64,000 bases of DNA, taken from positions 32,001 through 96,000 of the IMG/VR virus record IMGVR_UViG_3300010938_000004; one strand, 5' to 3'. The position numbers and the translations under genes were made by a program. Positions 1 through 8,519 of the stretch are shown one piece after another (position 1 is the stretch's first letter; every line of letters starts with the position of its first letter). The notes beneath the pieces were generated by a model. It was not told the origin of the DNA. It searched no databases and worked only from the letters and a program-made list of their open reading frames with translations. Origin of the DNA: a virus.

Positions 1-796
1 AGTCCTCCGCCAGAAAGGCCACTTGGTTTTTGAGTGTGTCCCCCAGCCTGCCCTTAAGGATGCTAGGACCACGACTCCGCGGTTGAATGGTGAGCTTTCT
101 GCAAACTCTTCGAACTACCTTATGGCGCTCTGCCAGCGCATAGGTGTCCGGACTCAATCTGCTCCAGTCCTCTACCGTTAGAAGCTTTTTAGCAATGGGG
201 CTCAGCTTCTGAGAGATCTCATCCGCTAACTGCATGCGCCGCGCAAACGCACACTGTCGCTTAGTATCACGAGTGACTTCTTTCAGGGCCTCATGATGGA
301 CGCTCATGTTCGAGCAAGGCGGGATCTTTCTGGCTTTATAGCCGCGAGTCCGCCCCTGATTGTCCATCTTATTTCCGCACCATTTAAGGCGCGAGTAAAC
401 CCTAGCCTTGATGGTTGAATCTGCCCGAATGACTCGATACAGGCCCGGGTACCGCTTCATGCAGTCGCCAGGGGAAACGATCCCTAGTTTTTGAATTTCG
501 GCCACAAGTTCATCCGTAGTCAGTTTGCTCCATCTTCCGTATGGCGTCCCATGCCTCGTCAGCGAAACTTTAGCCTGCACCCCAAGAGAGCGCAGGCTCT
601 TCGAAATCACATCCTCAGCCTGCTTAAGGAGATCCAAGTACCAAAGGCGCCCATAGAACCTGGGATAAAATTTACGCACTGCAGACAGGGAGCCGACTCG
701 CTCCGGCTGTTCTAGGGCGGCCTTTTGCAGCAACGCGAGCGCAGCATGAGGTGGGTCGCCTGGTCGAAAATTGCTGAATAGTGCGTTGGCTTTCAT
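1..796 (-). CDS. Hypothetical basic protein, 3'-truncated by window edge (absent from ORF track)
   Basis: ATG at 796 overlaps the vWA stop (ATGA); frame MKANALFSNFRPG... read by hand stays open to position 1. Confidence 0.7.
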   Translation of the reverse strand, partial: MKANALFSNFRPGDPPHAALALLQKAALEQPERVGSLSAVRKFYPRFYGRLWYLDLLKQAEDVISKSLRSLGVQAKVSLTRHGTPYGRWSKLTTDELVAEIQKLGIVSPGDCMKRYPGLYRVIRADSTIKARVYSRLKWCGNKMDNQGRTRGYKARKIPPCSNMSVHHEALKEVTRDTKRQCAFARRMQLADEISQKLSPIAKKLLTVEDWSRLSPDTYALAERHKVVRRVCRKLTIQPRSRGPSILKGRLGDTLKNQVAFLAED

Positions 797-2199
797 CTCG
801 CAGCCTTGTGTATGGGTTTAGCCTTGGCGATCGTCCGATACACCTGGCGCATGACCGTGAGTTTGTCCCCATGGAGGTCCACCGGCGCCACCACGTCACA
901 CCACTCTGTGAGCGACGAAGTCCTTGACTGATCCACCTGCAGGCCAAAGGTGCGCATCCCGCGCGAGCGAAACGCGTCTAGCTTTTGCATAGTGTAAGGG
1001 CTGACTCGATCTTCGCCATCAGTAAGCACCACGAGATCTGCTACCTTGTGATGGACCTTGGCGTTCTTCACCATGCGGCTCAGGCAATGCTCGATAGCCC
1101 GATCGAAGCTTGTTCCTCCGCTTGCGTGAAGCGACAGCACATCACTGGGCTTGATGGTCCAGGCGGCGTCGTTGAACGCCACCACCTCAAAAGGGCGACG
1201 CTGCTGAGCGCAGGCAACCGCCAGGCCCGCGGCCATCGACTTAGCCCACAGCAGGCGCTGCTGGTCCATAGAGCTTGAGCAATCAAGCGCCATCACAACA
1301 GGCCCCATGGCCGACTCGGAGGCCTCGACGGTCTGAATCGGCAGGCGGCCCTCGGCCATCTCCAGAAGGAAGAGATCTTCGTTCATTTCAAGCTTGAACA
1401 GCGCGCTGGGTAGGATCTTCGATAGGTCTGAGCCGAAGGAGATGTCTACCATCTCGCCCGAGCTGTAGGAGTTGGTGAATAAGCACTCAAGCTTAGATGC
1501 AGCTCGTGCACGGCCCATCAGATCAAACAGCTCCAGCAGATTGCGATCCAAGCAAACGGACGGCTCTTTGGCCGCAAACTGAGGAACAGTGTAGTGCTTG
1601 CCAGCCTGCCGGCCGCCAGGAATAGATTTTCCTTGTTCATTGGGGCTCTGGTCCAGCTGCTCAAGCTCGCGCGCGGCAGACATACCAGCCTGCAGGCCCG
1701 CTGCTTGCTCCAGGGCACCTCGCACTGCCTGATTCAGGCCCTCGGAACGCGACCGCTGCTCCTGTTCATCCTTGGGCGGCTTCTGCGTCAGGATCTTAAC
1801 GATCTGCTTCGCAAGCGACAGGACTGACATCGCAGCCACCATCGGGTCCATCAGCGCGCACTCCATCAGGTGCGCCCAGCTATCGGTCTTCGCCAGCTCC
1901 TCAGTAACCTTCTGAGTGGCCTGAGCATGCTCGTCCGCGAACTCGAAGTCTGTTACGCGAGAAGGATTCGACAGCACCTCCTCGGTTTTCCCCACGCTCA
2001 GGACGGCCGCAATGCCCTGACCCACCCGAGTAAGGGTCGTCACCGCTTCCTTGGTGGTCTGTTGCTGGTCGCCCTTCAAGTTGGCGCCAACAAAGACCCG
2101 CTCAGGGCCGCGGCGCTCGATCTGGCGACTCAACACCAGGGCCGTAGACCGTCCAACCAGCACTTCGAGAGGAGATAGGTTTTGACTTTTGTCTTCCAT
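793..2199 (-). CDS. vWA-domain protein, ViaA/CoxE-like partner of MoxR AAA
   Basis: MIDAS DCSSSM, GGTSF, LTDGED in C-terminal half; near RavA-like ATPase. Confidence 0.88.
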   Translation of the reverse strand: MEDKSQNLSPLEVLVGRSTALVLSRQIERRGPERVFVGANLKGDQQQTTKEAVTTLTRVGQGIAAVLSVGKTEEVLSNPSRVTDFEFADEHAQATQKVTEELAKTDSWAHLMECALMDPMVAAMSVLSLAKQIVKILTQKPPKDEQEQRSRSEGLNQAVRGALEQAAGLQAGMSAARELEQLDQSPNEQGKSIPGGRQAGKHYTVPQFAAKEPSVCLDRNLLELFDLMGRARAASKLECLFTNSYSSGEMVDISFGSDLSKILPSALFKLEMNEDLFLLEMAEGRLPIQTVEASESAMGPVVMALDCSSSMDQQRLLWAKSMAAGLAVACAQQRRPFEVVAFNDAAWTIKPSDVLSLHASGGTSFDRAIEHCLSRMVKNAKVHHKVADLVVLTDGEDRVSPYTMQKLDAFRSRGMRTFGLQVDQSRTSSLTEWCDVVAPVDLHGDKLTVMRQVYRTIAKAKPIHKAAR

Positions 2200-2206
2200 G
2201 AGCTTT

Positions 2207-2239
2207 ACTCTATCGTTCTTGACGCGTCATGTCAAGAAC
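2207..2239 (-). promoter_or_regulatory. sigma70-type promoter with overlapping palindrome
   Basis: TTGACA-17nt-TAGAGT, ATG 7 nt downstream; GTTCTTGAC-N7-GTCAAGAAC at 2215-2239. Confidence 0.75.
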
Positions 2240-2243
2240 TGAC

Positions 2244-3143
2244 TTATTGAGCGCTGAGCATTCCTCCGGCCAGGCCCAAATCCTGCGCATTCTTGCTGAG
2301 TACGCCGACCGCTACCTCGACTTCTTTGAGCTTGAGCTTAAGATCGTCGGATTTGAACTGGAGCAACTCTGAGTACAGCAGCACGCGCTCCTTGACGTCG
2401 TTGAGGTCGTCGACCCGAGAGGTGACGTAGCGCTCACTGGCGCTCGTGCCCTTATCCTTGACGGCCTTGAGAATGTCTCCCAATTCGGCCTCCACCGAAG
2501 CCGAGAAGCTCTTCCACGCCGCGACGCGCGCCTGCTCGGTGTTGACCACCGGCACCGTACTCACCTCGCAGCCGAATTGCTTGAAAAGCTCCTGGAAAGC
2601 CCGGAACTCTACTTCGTGCGCGGACGGCACGAAGTAGACCCCGCCATTGTCTCGGATGGCGACGCCCTTCAGCCACAGGCGCAGGGCGCGCAGGACCGAC
2701 GTGCGGAGCATGTCCGAGGTGAAGCTCGACTTCAGACTCTCGAACTCTTGCACAATCTGCTCGCGATCGAGACCCTCGACCTTGGCCGTCTTCGTATCCT
2801 TGTCATACACGGCCCTAGTCTCGGTGAAAAACTTGGCTCCCAACTGGTCCTTGTTGATGCTGTCGCTCTCAGACTGGACGATGAGGTATCCCGCTGCCGA
2901 GGCGTCGTCGAGCACCTTGCGGGAAAACACACCCTCTCGGCCCTTGGCCGCCGAACGCACCGCCTTGCTCAGGGCGGACTTTGTCAAGATCTTGGCCAAG
3001 TAGTCCGTCGGGACTCCCGCCGCAGCAAACTTGGCCTCGGCTTCCTCGATGGTGACCCGGAAGCTTCGGATGGTCCAATAGACCACCCACCCCAGAAGCG
3101 GAAAGCCCTCGGCCGACTTAGCGATAGTGATTTTCGTGCTCAT
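2244..3143 (-). CDS. Conserved phage hypothetical protein (DUF3150/DUF6744-like)
   Basis: 299 aa, strong SD AAGGAGG, GGVYFVP motif, C-terminal coiled coil; family from recollection only. Confidence 0.6.
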   Translation of the reverse strand: MSTKITIAKSAEGFPLLGWVVYWTIRSFRVTIEEAEAKFAAAGVPTDYLAKILTKSALSKAVRSAAKGREGVFSRKVLDDASAAGYLIVQSESDSINKDQLGAKFFTETRAVYDKDTKTAKVEGLDREQIVQEFESLKSSFTSDMLRTSVLRALRLWLKGVAIRDNGGVYFVPSAHEVEFRAFQELFKQFGCEVSTVPVVNTEQARVAAWKSFSASVEAELGDILKAVKDKGTSASERYVTSRVDDLNDVKERVLLYSELLQFKSDDLKLKLKEVEVAVGVLSKNAQDLGLAGGMLSAQ

Positions 3144-3167
3144 GATTCCTCCTTGTTCTTCCTGTTC

Positions 3168-3196
3168 AGGCTACTCTTTTTGACGCACTATGTCAA
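3168..3196 (-). promoter_or_regulatory. sigma70-type promoter with overlapping palindrome
   Basis: TTGACA-17nt-TAGCCT; TTGAC-N7-GTCAA at 3180-3196. Confidence 0.72.
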
Positions 3197-3392
3197 GCAG
3201 CATCTCGCGGGCTTCGTACATGACGGCCGACGCGTGCAAGTACCCGAGTTCTTCTGCTTCGTAAGCCATAATGGAGAGATCGGCGGCAATCTCCTTCGTC
3301 TTCTTGTGGAGAAAGGACCCACGCGGCACCAGTGGTTTGGTGAGAAGCGTGGGTCCCCGACGGGTCAGGAATTTGACAATGCGCTGAATCAC
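3171..3392 (-). CDS. Small hypothetical protein
   Basis: GTG overlaps the AAA gene stop (GTGA); fills the gap on the same strand. Confidence 0.5.
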   Translation of the reverse strand: MIQRIVKFLTRRGPTLLTKPLVPRGSFLHKKTKEIAADLSIMAYEAEELGYLHASAVMYEAREMLLDIVRQKE

Positions 3393-4531
3393 GGCTGAGA
3401 CACTTTCTTCTGGAGCTGCTTCTGGATGTCGTCCAGCTCTTCGACCAACTTCACGCACTGCTCGCGATTGCTCTTCAAGCCCTGCGTGGTGAAAGGTTCG
3501 ATGGTGCCTCTGGCGTTGCGAATGGCCGTGGATATCTTGAATATGTTGTCTGGGCCCAGGTCCTTCGACGGCATGCCCATGATGGCCTTGAAATCCTCTC
3601 GGATCTGGCCCATCGCCTGCTGAGCCATCAGGAGAGTCTCCTTACCGGACTGCACCACCTTGCCGATCGCCACCGCGATCGCCGGCCGCTGGTCCGGGTC
3701 CGTCCACAGAACGTCCGACAGGATGTTCAGGTGGCCAATCCCGACCTGATTGTCACCGTTCAAATACGCAACCGCCTTCAAGAGGCGGGCCGCCTGAACC
3801 CATCGGCGATCTGACACGTAGATGTCTCCACCGGAAAACTCCTGGCGCAGGCTGAACATGGCCTGGACCACGTCATCCGACAGCGGAATCGTGAGGGCCT
3901 CTTCGCGAGCCGCGGACAGGTCGCTATCGGTGATGACCGTCTCCACGGCCTTCAAGGAGGCGCCCGACAGAATCTGCTCGAAGGAAGAGGCTTTGGTGAT
4001 CGGCTCGACATGGATGCGCACCGCGAAGCGGTCATATAGCGCTGCGAGTTCCGGGCTGGTCGGGATCTCGTTCGAGGCGCCCAGCACCATGCGCAGCGGG
4101 ATGCGCTTGGGCGTGGTCCCATCGAAGAAGACCTTCTCGTTCAGAATGGGAAGCAGAGTGTTCAGGATCGCCGAACTGCCCTTGAAGATCTCGTCCAGGA
4201 AGGCTACATCGGCCTCCGGGAGCTTGTGCGCGGTAACCCGCTCATAACGCCCCTCTTTCAGGAGGGGAAACGAGAGCGGTCCGAACAGCTCTTCGGGCGA
4301 GGTGTGCTTGGTCAGGAGCCACGAGAAGTACCGGCCACTGATCGCCTGGGCGAGAGCGCCGCAGAGCGATGACTTGGCGGTGCCCGGGGGGCCCAACAGA
4401 AAGACGTTCTCGCTGGCCACCAGCGCGGCCACGATCGCCGAGATCGCCTGCTCGCGCTCGGGGAAGCGAGCATTCAGCTCCTCCGCGAGTTTTTGAAACT
4501 TGCTGGTATTATTGTTGTTCTTTTGTTCCAT
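3389..4531 (-). CDS. ravA: MoxR-family AAA+ ATPase, RavA-like
   Basis: GPPGTAKS Walker A, TSPEELFGP, FLDEIFK Walker B, ASNE, ALYDRF, SDRRW; start moved to ATG 4531 with GAGGG SD. Confidence 0.9.
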   Translation of the reverse strand: MEQKNNNNTSKFQKLAEELNARFPEREQAISAIVAALVASENVFLLGPPGTAKSSLCGALAQAISGRYFSWLLTKHTSPEELFGPLSFPLLKEGRYERVTAHKLPEADVAFLDEIFKGSSAILNTLLPILNEKVFFDGTTPKRIPLRMVLGASNEIPTSPELAALYDRFAVRIHVEPITKASSFEQILSGASLKAVETVITDSDLSAAREEALTIPLSDDVVQAMFSLRQEFSGGDIYVSDRRWVQAARLLKAVAYLNGDNQVGIGHLNILSDVLWTDPDQRPAIAVAIGKVVQSGKETLLMAQQAMGQIREDFKAIMGMPSKDLGPDNIFKISTAIRNARGTIEPFTTQGLKSNREQCVKLVEELDDIQKQLQKKVSQP

Positions 4532-4563
4532 CTTTCCCTCTCCGTCAGTTTGTCTCAGCCATG

Positions 4564-4593
4564 AGAATAGCGGGCTTATATGTGGTGCGTCAA
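4564..4593 (-). promoter_or_regulatory. sigma70-type promoter for the AAA gene
   Basis: TTGACG-18nt-TATTCT upstream of ATG 4531. Confidence 0.55.
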
Positions 4594-4739
4594 GAAGGAA
4601 ATAACGCACTGCCCCGCCGAATGCGCACCTACACTCAGAACACACGAGGCGGGATGGCTAGTTTGTACCTAAAGTGCCGACATTCTTAGTTTTAGATTCT
4701 GAGACCCAGGGTTTACGCCTTGTAGGCTATCCTGTTAGA

Positions 4740-5864
4740 ATGAGAGGCAGACCCTCCACCACCGCGGCCTGTGCCTTTTGCGGCAAAGACGAGAAGGACG
4801 CGGCGCTCATACACGGGATCTCTGGCTCCATCTGCTCTTACTGCGCCGCCGTCGCCAAGGAAGCCTTCGACAAGAAAGAGACCGATGCTGAGGTGAAGCT
4901 GGACTTCAAGCCTCGCGATGTCGCTTCCTACCTGGATCAGCACGTAGTTGGACAGGAACACGCAAAGAAGATCCTTTCAGTCGCAGTTTACAACCATCAC
5001 AAGCGTCTGTCTAAGAAGTTGACAACTGGCAAGAGCAATATCTGGCTCATCGGCCCGTCTGGTACAGGCAAGACCCTGATGGCCGAGTTGGTGGCCAAGT
5101 ACGTGGACGTACCCATGGTGAGCATCGACTGCACCACCATTACGGAGGCGGGATACGTGGGCGACGACCCCGAAATGATCGTGGCCAGGCTCTTCAATGC
5201 AGCTAAGCAGGACCACGCTTTAGCATCAAAGGGACTGGTGTTCTTGGACGAGGTTGATAAGCTGGTAGCCAGCAAGAACGACACGACCAGGGACGTTCGC
5301 GGCAGGGGCGTACAGCAGTCGCTTCTGAAGATGATCGAGGGCTGTGACGTTACTTTCAACCCGTCGGGCCGAAAGAAGTCGTCAGGGGAAACTGTGGAAA
5401 CCATCAACACGAAGGACATGTTGTTCATCTTGGGCGGAGCCTTCGTGGGGCTAGATAACGTTCGCACCCGCAAGGGCATGGGCATAGGTCAGAATCCCCA
5501 CAAGACCAAGACAAAGGGCCCTCCTACCTCTGACGAGCTTGTCTCTTACGGCATGATTCCGGAGTTGGTGGGGCGCGTCCCCATCGTAGCTGAGCTTTAC
5601 CCGCTCGGGCAAGCGCAAATGGAGATGATTCTCTCGGTGGTCAAGAACAACCTCCTGTCTCAGTACGCAGAGTTGATGGCCGCGGAGGGGGTGAGCTTGA
5701 CATTCACCCCGGGATTCGTGACCAAGGTTGCGCGCCTGGCACTCAAGAGCAAGGGCGGCGCTCGATCGCTGCGCACCATCATGGAGGCTTCGCTGCTTGA
5801 CTTGATGTACGACCCGGCCACCACCGAAGTGGTACTGGACGAGAAAGACGTGAGGGAGCCATGA
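4740..5864 (+). CDS. clpX: ClpX-like AAA+ unfoldase
   Basis: C4 zinc finger (CAFCGK..ICSYC), AVYNH, KSNI, GPSGTGKT, GYVG, DEVDK, PELVGR, GARSLR; start uncertain. Confidence 0.93.
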   Translation: MRGRPSTTAACAFCGKDEKDAALIHGISGSICSYCAAVAKEAFDKKETDAEVKLDFKPRDVASYLDQHVVGQEHAKKILSVAVYNHHKRLSKKLTTGKSNIWLIGPSGTGKTLMAELVAKYVDVPMVSIDCTTITEAGYVGDDPEMIVARLFNAAKQDHALASKGLVFLDEVDKLVASKNDTTRDVRGRGVQQSLLKMIEGCDVTFNPSGRKKSSGETVETINTKDMLFILGGAFVGLDNVRTRKGMGIGQNPHKTKTKGPPTSDELVSYGMIPELVGRVPIVAELYPLGQAQMEMILSVVKNNLLSQYAELMAAEGVSLTFTPGFVTKVARLALKSKGGARSLRTIMEASLLDLMYDPATTEVVLDEKDVREP

Positions 5865-6148
5865 CAGGCACCTGCGCACTCAAACTTCTGGCTTTAGTCT
5901 CGGGACTCTGCTTGTCCGCATCCTTATTGAGCATGCACGCCGTCGAAGGCCCAGAGCTACTGTTGGTGTGCATCTTTTTAGTAGTGTCATTCCTGTGGAT
6001 TACGGATTACTTGGCTAACAGGCTATTTGAGAGCGCTATGCAGAGCTGGGAAGAGAAGGTTCCTCCGGCGCCTGCCCCTAAGCCCAAACTACGCCCGACC
6101 AGGACCAACAATCTGGGCCTGCGCCTAGTGAAGGGCGGCAAAAAGTAA
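5861..6148 (+). CDS. Small membrane protein
   Basis: Two hydrophobic segments; ATGA overlap with clpX. Confidence 0.65.
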   Translation: MTGTCALKLLALVSGLCLSASLLSMHAVEGPELLLVCIFLVVSFLWITDYLANRLFESAMQSWEEKVPPAPAPKPKLRPTRTNNLGLRLVKGGKK

Positions 6149-6197
6149 GGCTTACCTGTTCGATGTTAGGATCTCCTCTTCTGGGAGAACTCTAAGA

Positions 6198-6656
6198 ATG
6201 CGTCCCCAACTAGCCTCAGCCGCCCGCACCAGAGTAGTGATTAACGGCGTCCCGCGCGCATATATCACGGACTTCTCGGTGTCCGTTCAGGAAAACGTTA
6301 GACAGGTGATTACATTTGGCTCGCCTGCAGCCCGTTCGATCGAGCCTCTCAGCACGTCGTGCTCGGTTCGCATCGGCCGAGTAATCCCACTGAACAACGC
6401 CGATGGCACGCCGGTCAATGCTGGTGTCCACCAAGAAGGCCTGGTTCCTACGATCCAAGACATGATCACCGCCGAGGATATGACGATCGAGATGATCGAC
6501 AAGGTAACCGGCGCAGTCCTGGCCTCGGTTCGCAACTGCCGCCCCACTGGGCACACCCTGTCCATGGCCGGAGCGGCCATTGGCACTCAAAACCTCACCT
6601 TCGTCGGAATTTACGATTCTGCGGGCGACAATTCTCCTGATAAATTAGGCTTTTAA
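6198..6656 (+). CDS. Tail tube-like protein 1
   Basis: 152 aa beta-rich; similar to 7461 and 10400; upstream of chaperone and tape-measure genes. Confidence 0.65.
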   Translation: MRPQLASAARTRVVINGVPRAYITDFSVSVQENVRQVITFGSPAARSIEPLSTSCSVRIGRVIPLNNADGTPVNAGVHQEGLVPTIQDMITAEDMTIEMIDKVTGAVLASVRNCRPTGHTLSMAGAAIGTQNLTFVGIYDSAGDNSPDKLGF

Positions 6657-6721
6657 GCCTCTGTATCATCAAAATCTCGCGCGAGCGCGCTATGAAGCGT
6701 CTCGCCCTTTTTGTGATCCCA

Positions 6722-7424
6722 ATGAAGTGGCTCTCGCACCCCAAGAACGGGGTCAATTGCTGCCGCCTGCCCCTCCTTACGACCACATCTTCGTGGGCAC
6801 GGACCCGCGTGATGATGACCCCAGACGCGGGTCCGTCAATTCGACGCGATCGTCAATGCGTCAGACACTATCGGTACGACCTTTGATCCGCCCCACGCTG
6901 AGCAGCGAACCTACTGGTACCCGCTCAATGAAGTCGGCAGCTGGGGCTACGGATACTTGTTCTGGCTGGTGAAAATACTGGACCAACTCCATAAGCAGCG
7001 GACCATGACCTATGTTCATTGTCACGCTGGTGCTTATCGGTCTCCCACCGCAGTTTATCTGTGGCTCAGATATAAGGGCCTCTCTATCAAAAAGGCGGCG
7101 CTCATTGCCAAGTCGTGTCTCAAAGATAGTGACGAAGAGACGCTGCTCAAGCTGGCCGAGAAACACGCGTCACGCTTCGTGAATGTGCCAAAGCAAACGG
7201 AGGAGTTCTTCCGTAGGCTGCGCGCGAATCCCAACTGGTCTTTGATGTCGATCTTGACCCAGCCCCTATTGACGATTCCTCCGAGGTCTACTCGAAAGGC
7301 AATAGATCAAAGATTAAGAGTAGTTAAACTAAGATCGGCGACTCTAACCCGCGCAGTTTACATAAGCCGTTTTCTCTCAAAGCTCGGTAACTACACACGA
7401 AGGCTACTGACGACCATCCCTTAG
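6722..7424 (+). pseudogene. Dual-specificity/Tyr phosphatase with two apparent -1 frameshifts
   Basis: HCHAGAYRS (HCX5R) motif; N-terminus (DHIFVG, FDAIVNAS) spread over three frames joined at C4 runs 6770-6773 and 6819-6822. Confidence 0.7.
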
Positions 7425-7460
7425 CTGTGCTGTGAGACAATCGAACCGTCAAGAGGTTCT

Positions 7461-7970
7461 ATGTCTCAACCAAACCTTCTGAGCGGAGCGCGCGGCCTCA
7501 TCAAACGCAAGTCTTCCGATGGCTCCTATGAGCCGTTGTACGTCGTGACGTCCGTCTCGATCTCTACTTCTATTGGTGTGCGCCAGACGTTCGTGATCGG
7601 CTCTAAAAACCCGATCAACTCCGATCCAGTCAGCATCACCGCGCGGGCGACGATTGGCCGGGTCATCCCGGTGAATCAGCCGACCAGCTCATCTGCCGAC
7701 CAGTCCAAGGTGACGGCGATCGATCTCAAGCTGGAAGAGAAGATCTTCGAGTCGCTTGAGAAGGAGACGCTGATCATCGAGGTGCAGGACCGCGTCACAG
7801 GCAAGACGGTCGGCGCACTCAAAGAGGCCCGGTTCGCAGGCCGCGACATGGGAGACAGCGCAGGCGACCTGGCGGGTGAGTCGATTCGTTTCGAGGGTAT
7901 CTGGGACGCAGGATATGACGGTTCGGAAAACGTGGCGGTTCTGCTGGGATATGACTCCAGCAACGCCTAA
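7461..7970 (+). CDS. Tail tube-like protein 2
   Basis: Shares IGRVIP and (DK/DR)VTG motifs with 6198. Confidence 0.65.
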   Translation: MSQPNLLSGARGLIKRKSSDGSYEPLYVVTSVSISTSIGVRQTFVIGSKNPINSDPVSITARATIGRVIPVNQPTSSSADQSKVTAIDLKLEEKIFESLEKETLIIEVQDRVTGKTVGALKEARFAGRDMGDSAGDLAGESIRFEGIWDAGYDGSENVAVLLGYDSSNA

Positions 7971-7988
7971 GGCGGAAGGAAGTAACTT

Positions 7989-8519
7989 ATGATCTCAGCG
8001 AGTGACGCGTTCAATGCCATGATGAAGGGAATCCTGTCCCCTCAGGAAGCCCTCACCAAGGTGAACAAGGCCGAGAAAAACAACCTCATCAAGGCCATCA
8101 AGATGGCGCAAGAGCGGTTGAAAGCCATGGCCTCCGAAGATGGAGATGCTATCGCCGCGGGCTACGAGCTTCAGAAGATGAGCCAGCAGCAGCGTTCGCG
8201 CCATCCGGGACCCAGGCCGCAACACGTGCAGTACGGCGAACAGTCGGGTCCGATCTTCACGGATCTGGGCGACTTCTCTCGCCAGGCCCAGCAGTGTGGG
8301 CGGGCTCCTGGTGCGTTCTTCAAGAATGAAGAGTTCGCTATGTGTGGGGATGATCCCATTCCTACCGAGAACAACGGCCTGACCTACCCGTCGTTCGCGC
8401 AGCAGCGCGTAAACCACGGCGGTAAGCCCTATGACTGGAGCAAGCTCCCCAACAAGCCTGCAGATGTGGGCTGGGAAGCTTTCAGTCACTCCAACCAGGG
8501 AAGGGTCAGTTACCGGTGA
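7989..8519 (+). CDS. Hypothetical protein, possible virion-internal protein
   Basis: SD AAGGAAG; MMKG/VNKA/LIKA/FFKN motifs; GTGA-coupled to next gene. Confidence 0.6.
   Translation: MISASDAFNAMMKGILSPQEALTKVNKAEKNNLIKAIKMAQERLKAMASEDGDAIAAGYELQKMSQQQRSRHPGPRPQHVQYGEQSGPIFTDLGDFSRQAQQCGRAPGAFFKNEEFAMCGDDPIPTENNGLTYPSFAQQRVNHGGKPYDWSKLPNKPADVGWEAFSHSNQGRVSYR

Noticed and set aside
6810-6818. Stop-codon reassignment (TGA TGA TGA here; TAG at 47939)
   Set aside because: Long genes are intact in the standard code and use all three stops; frameshifts explain both cases better
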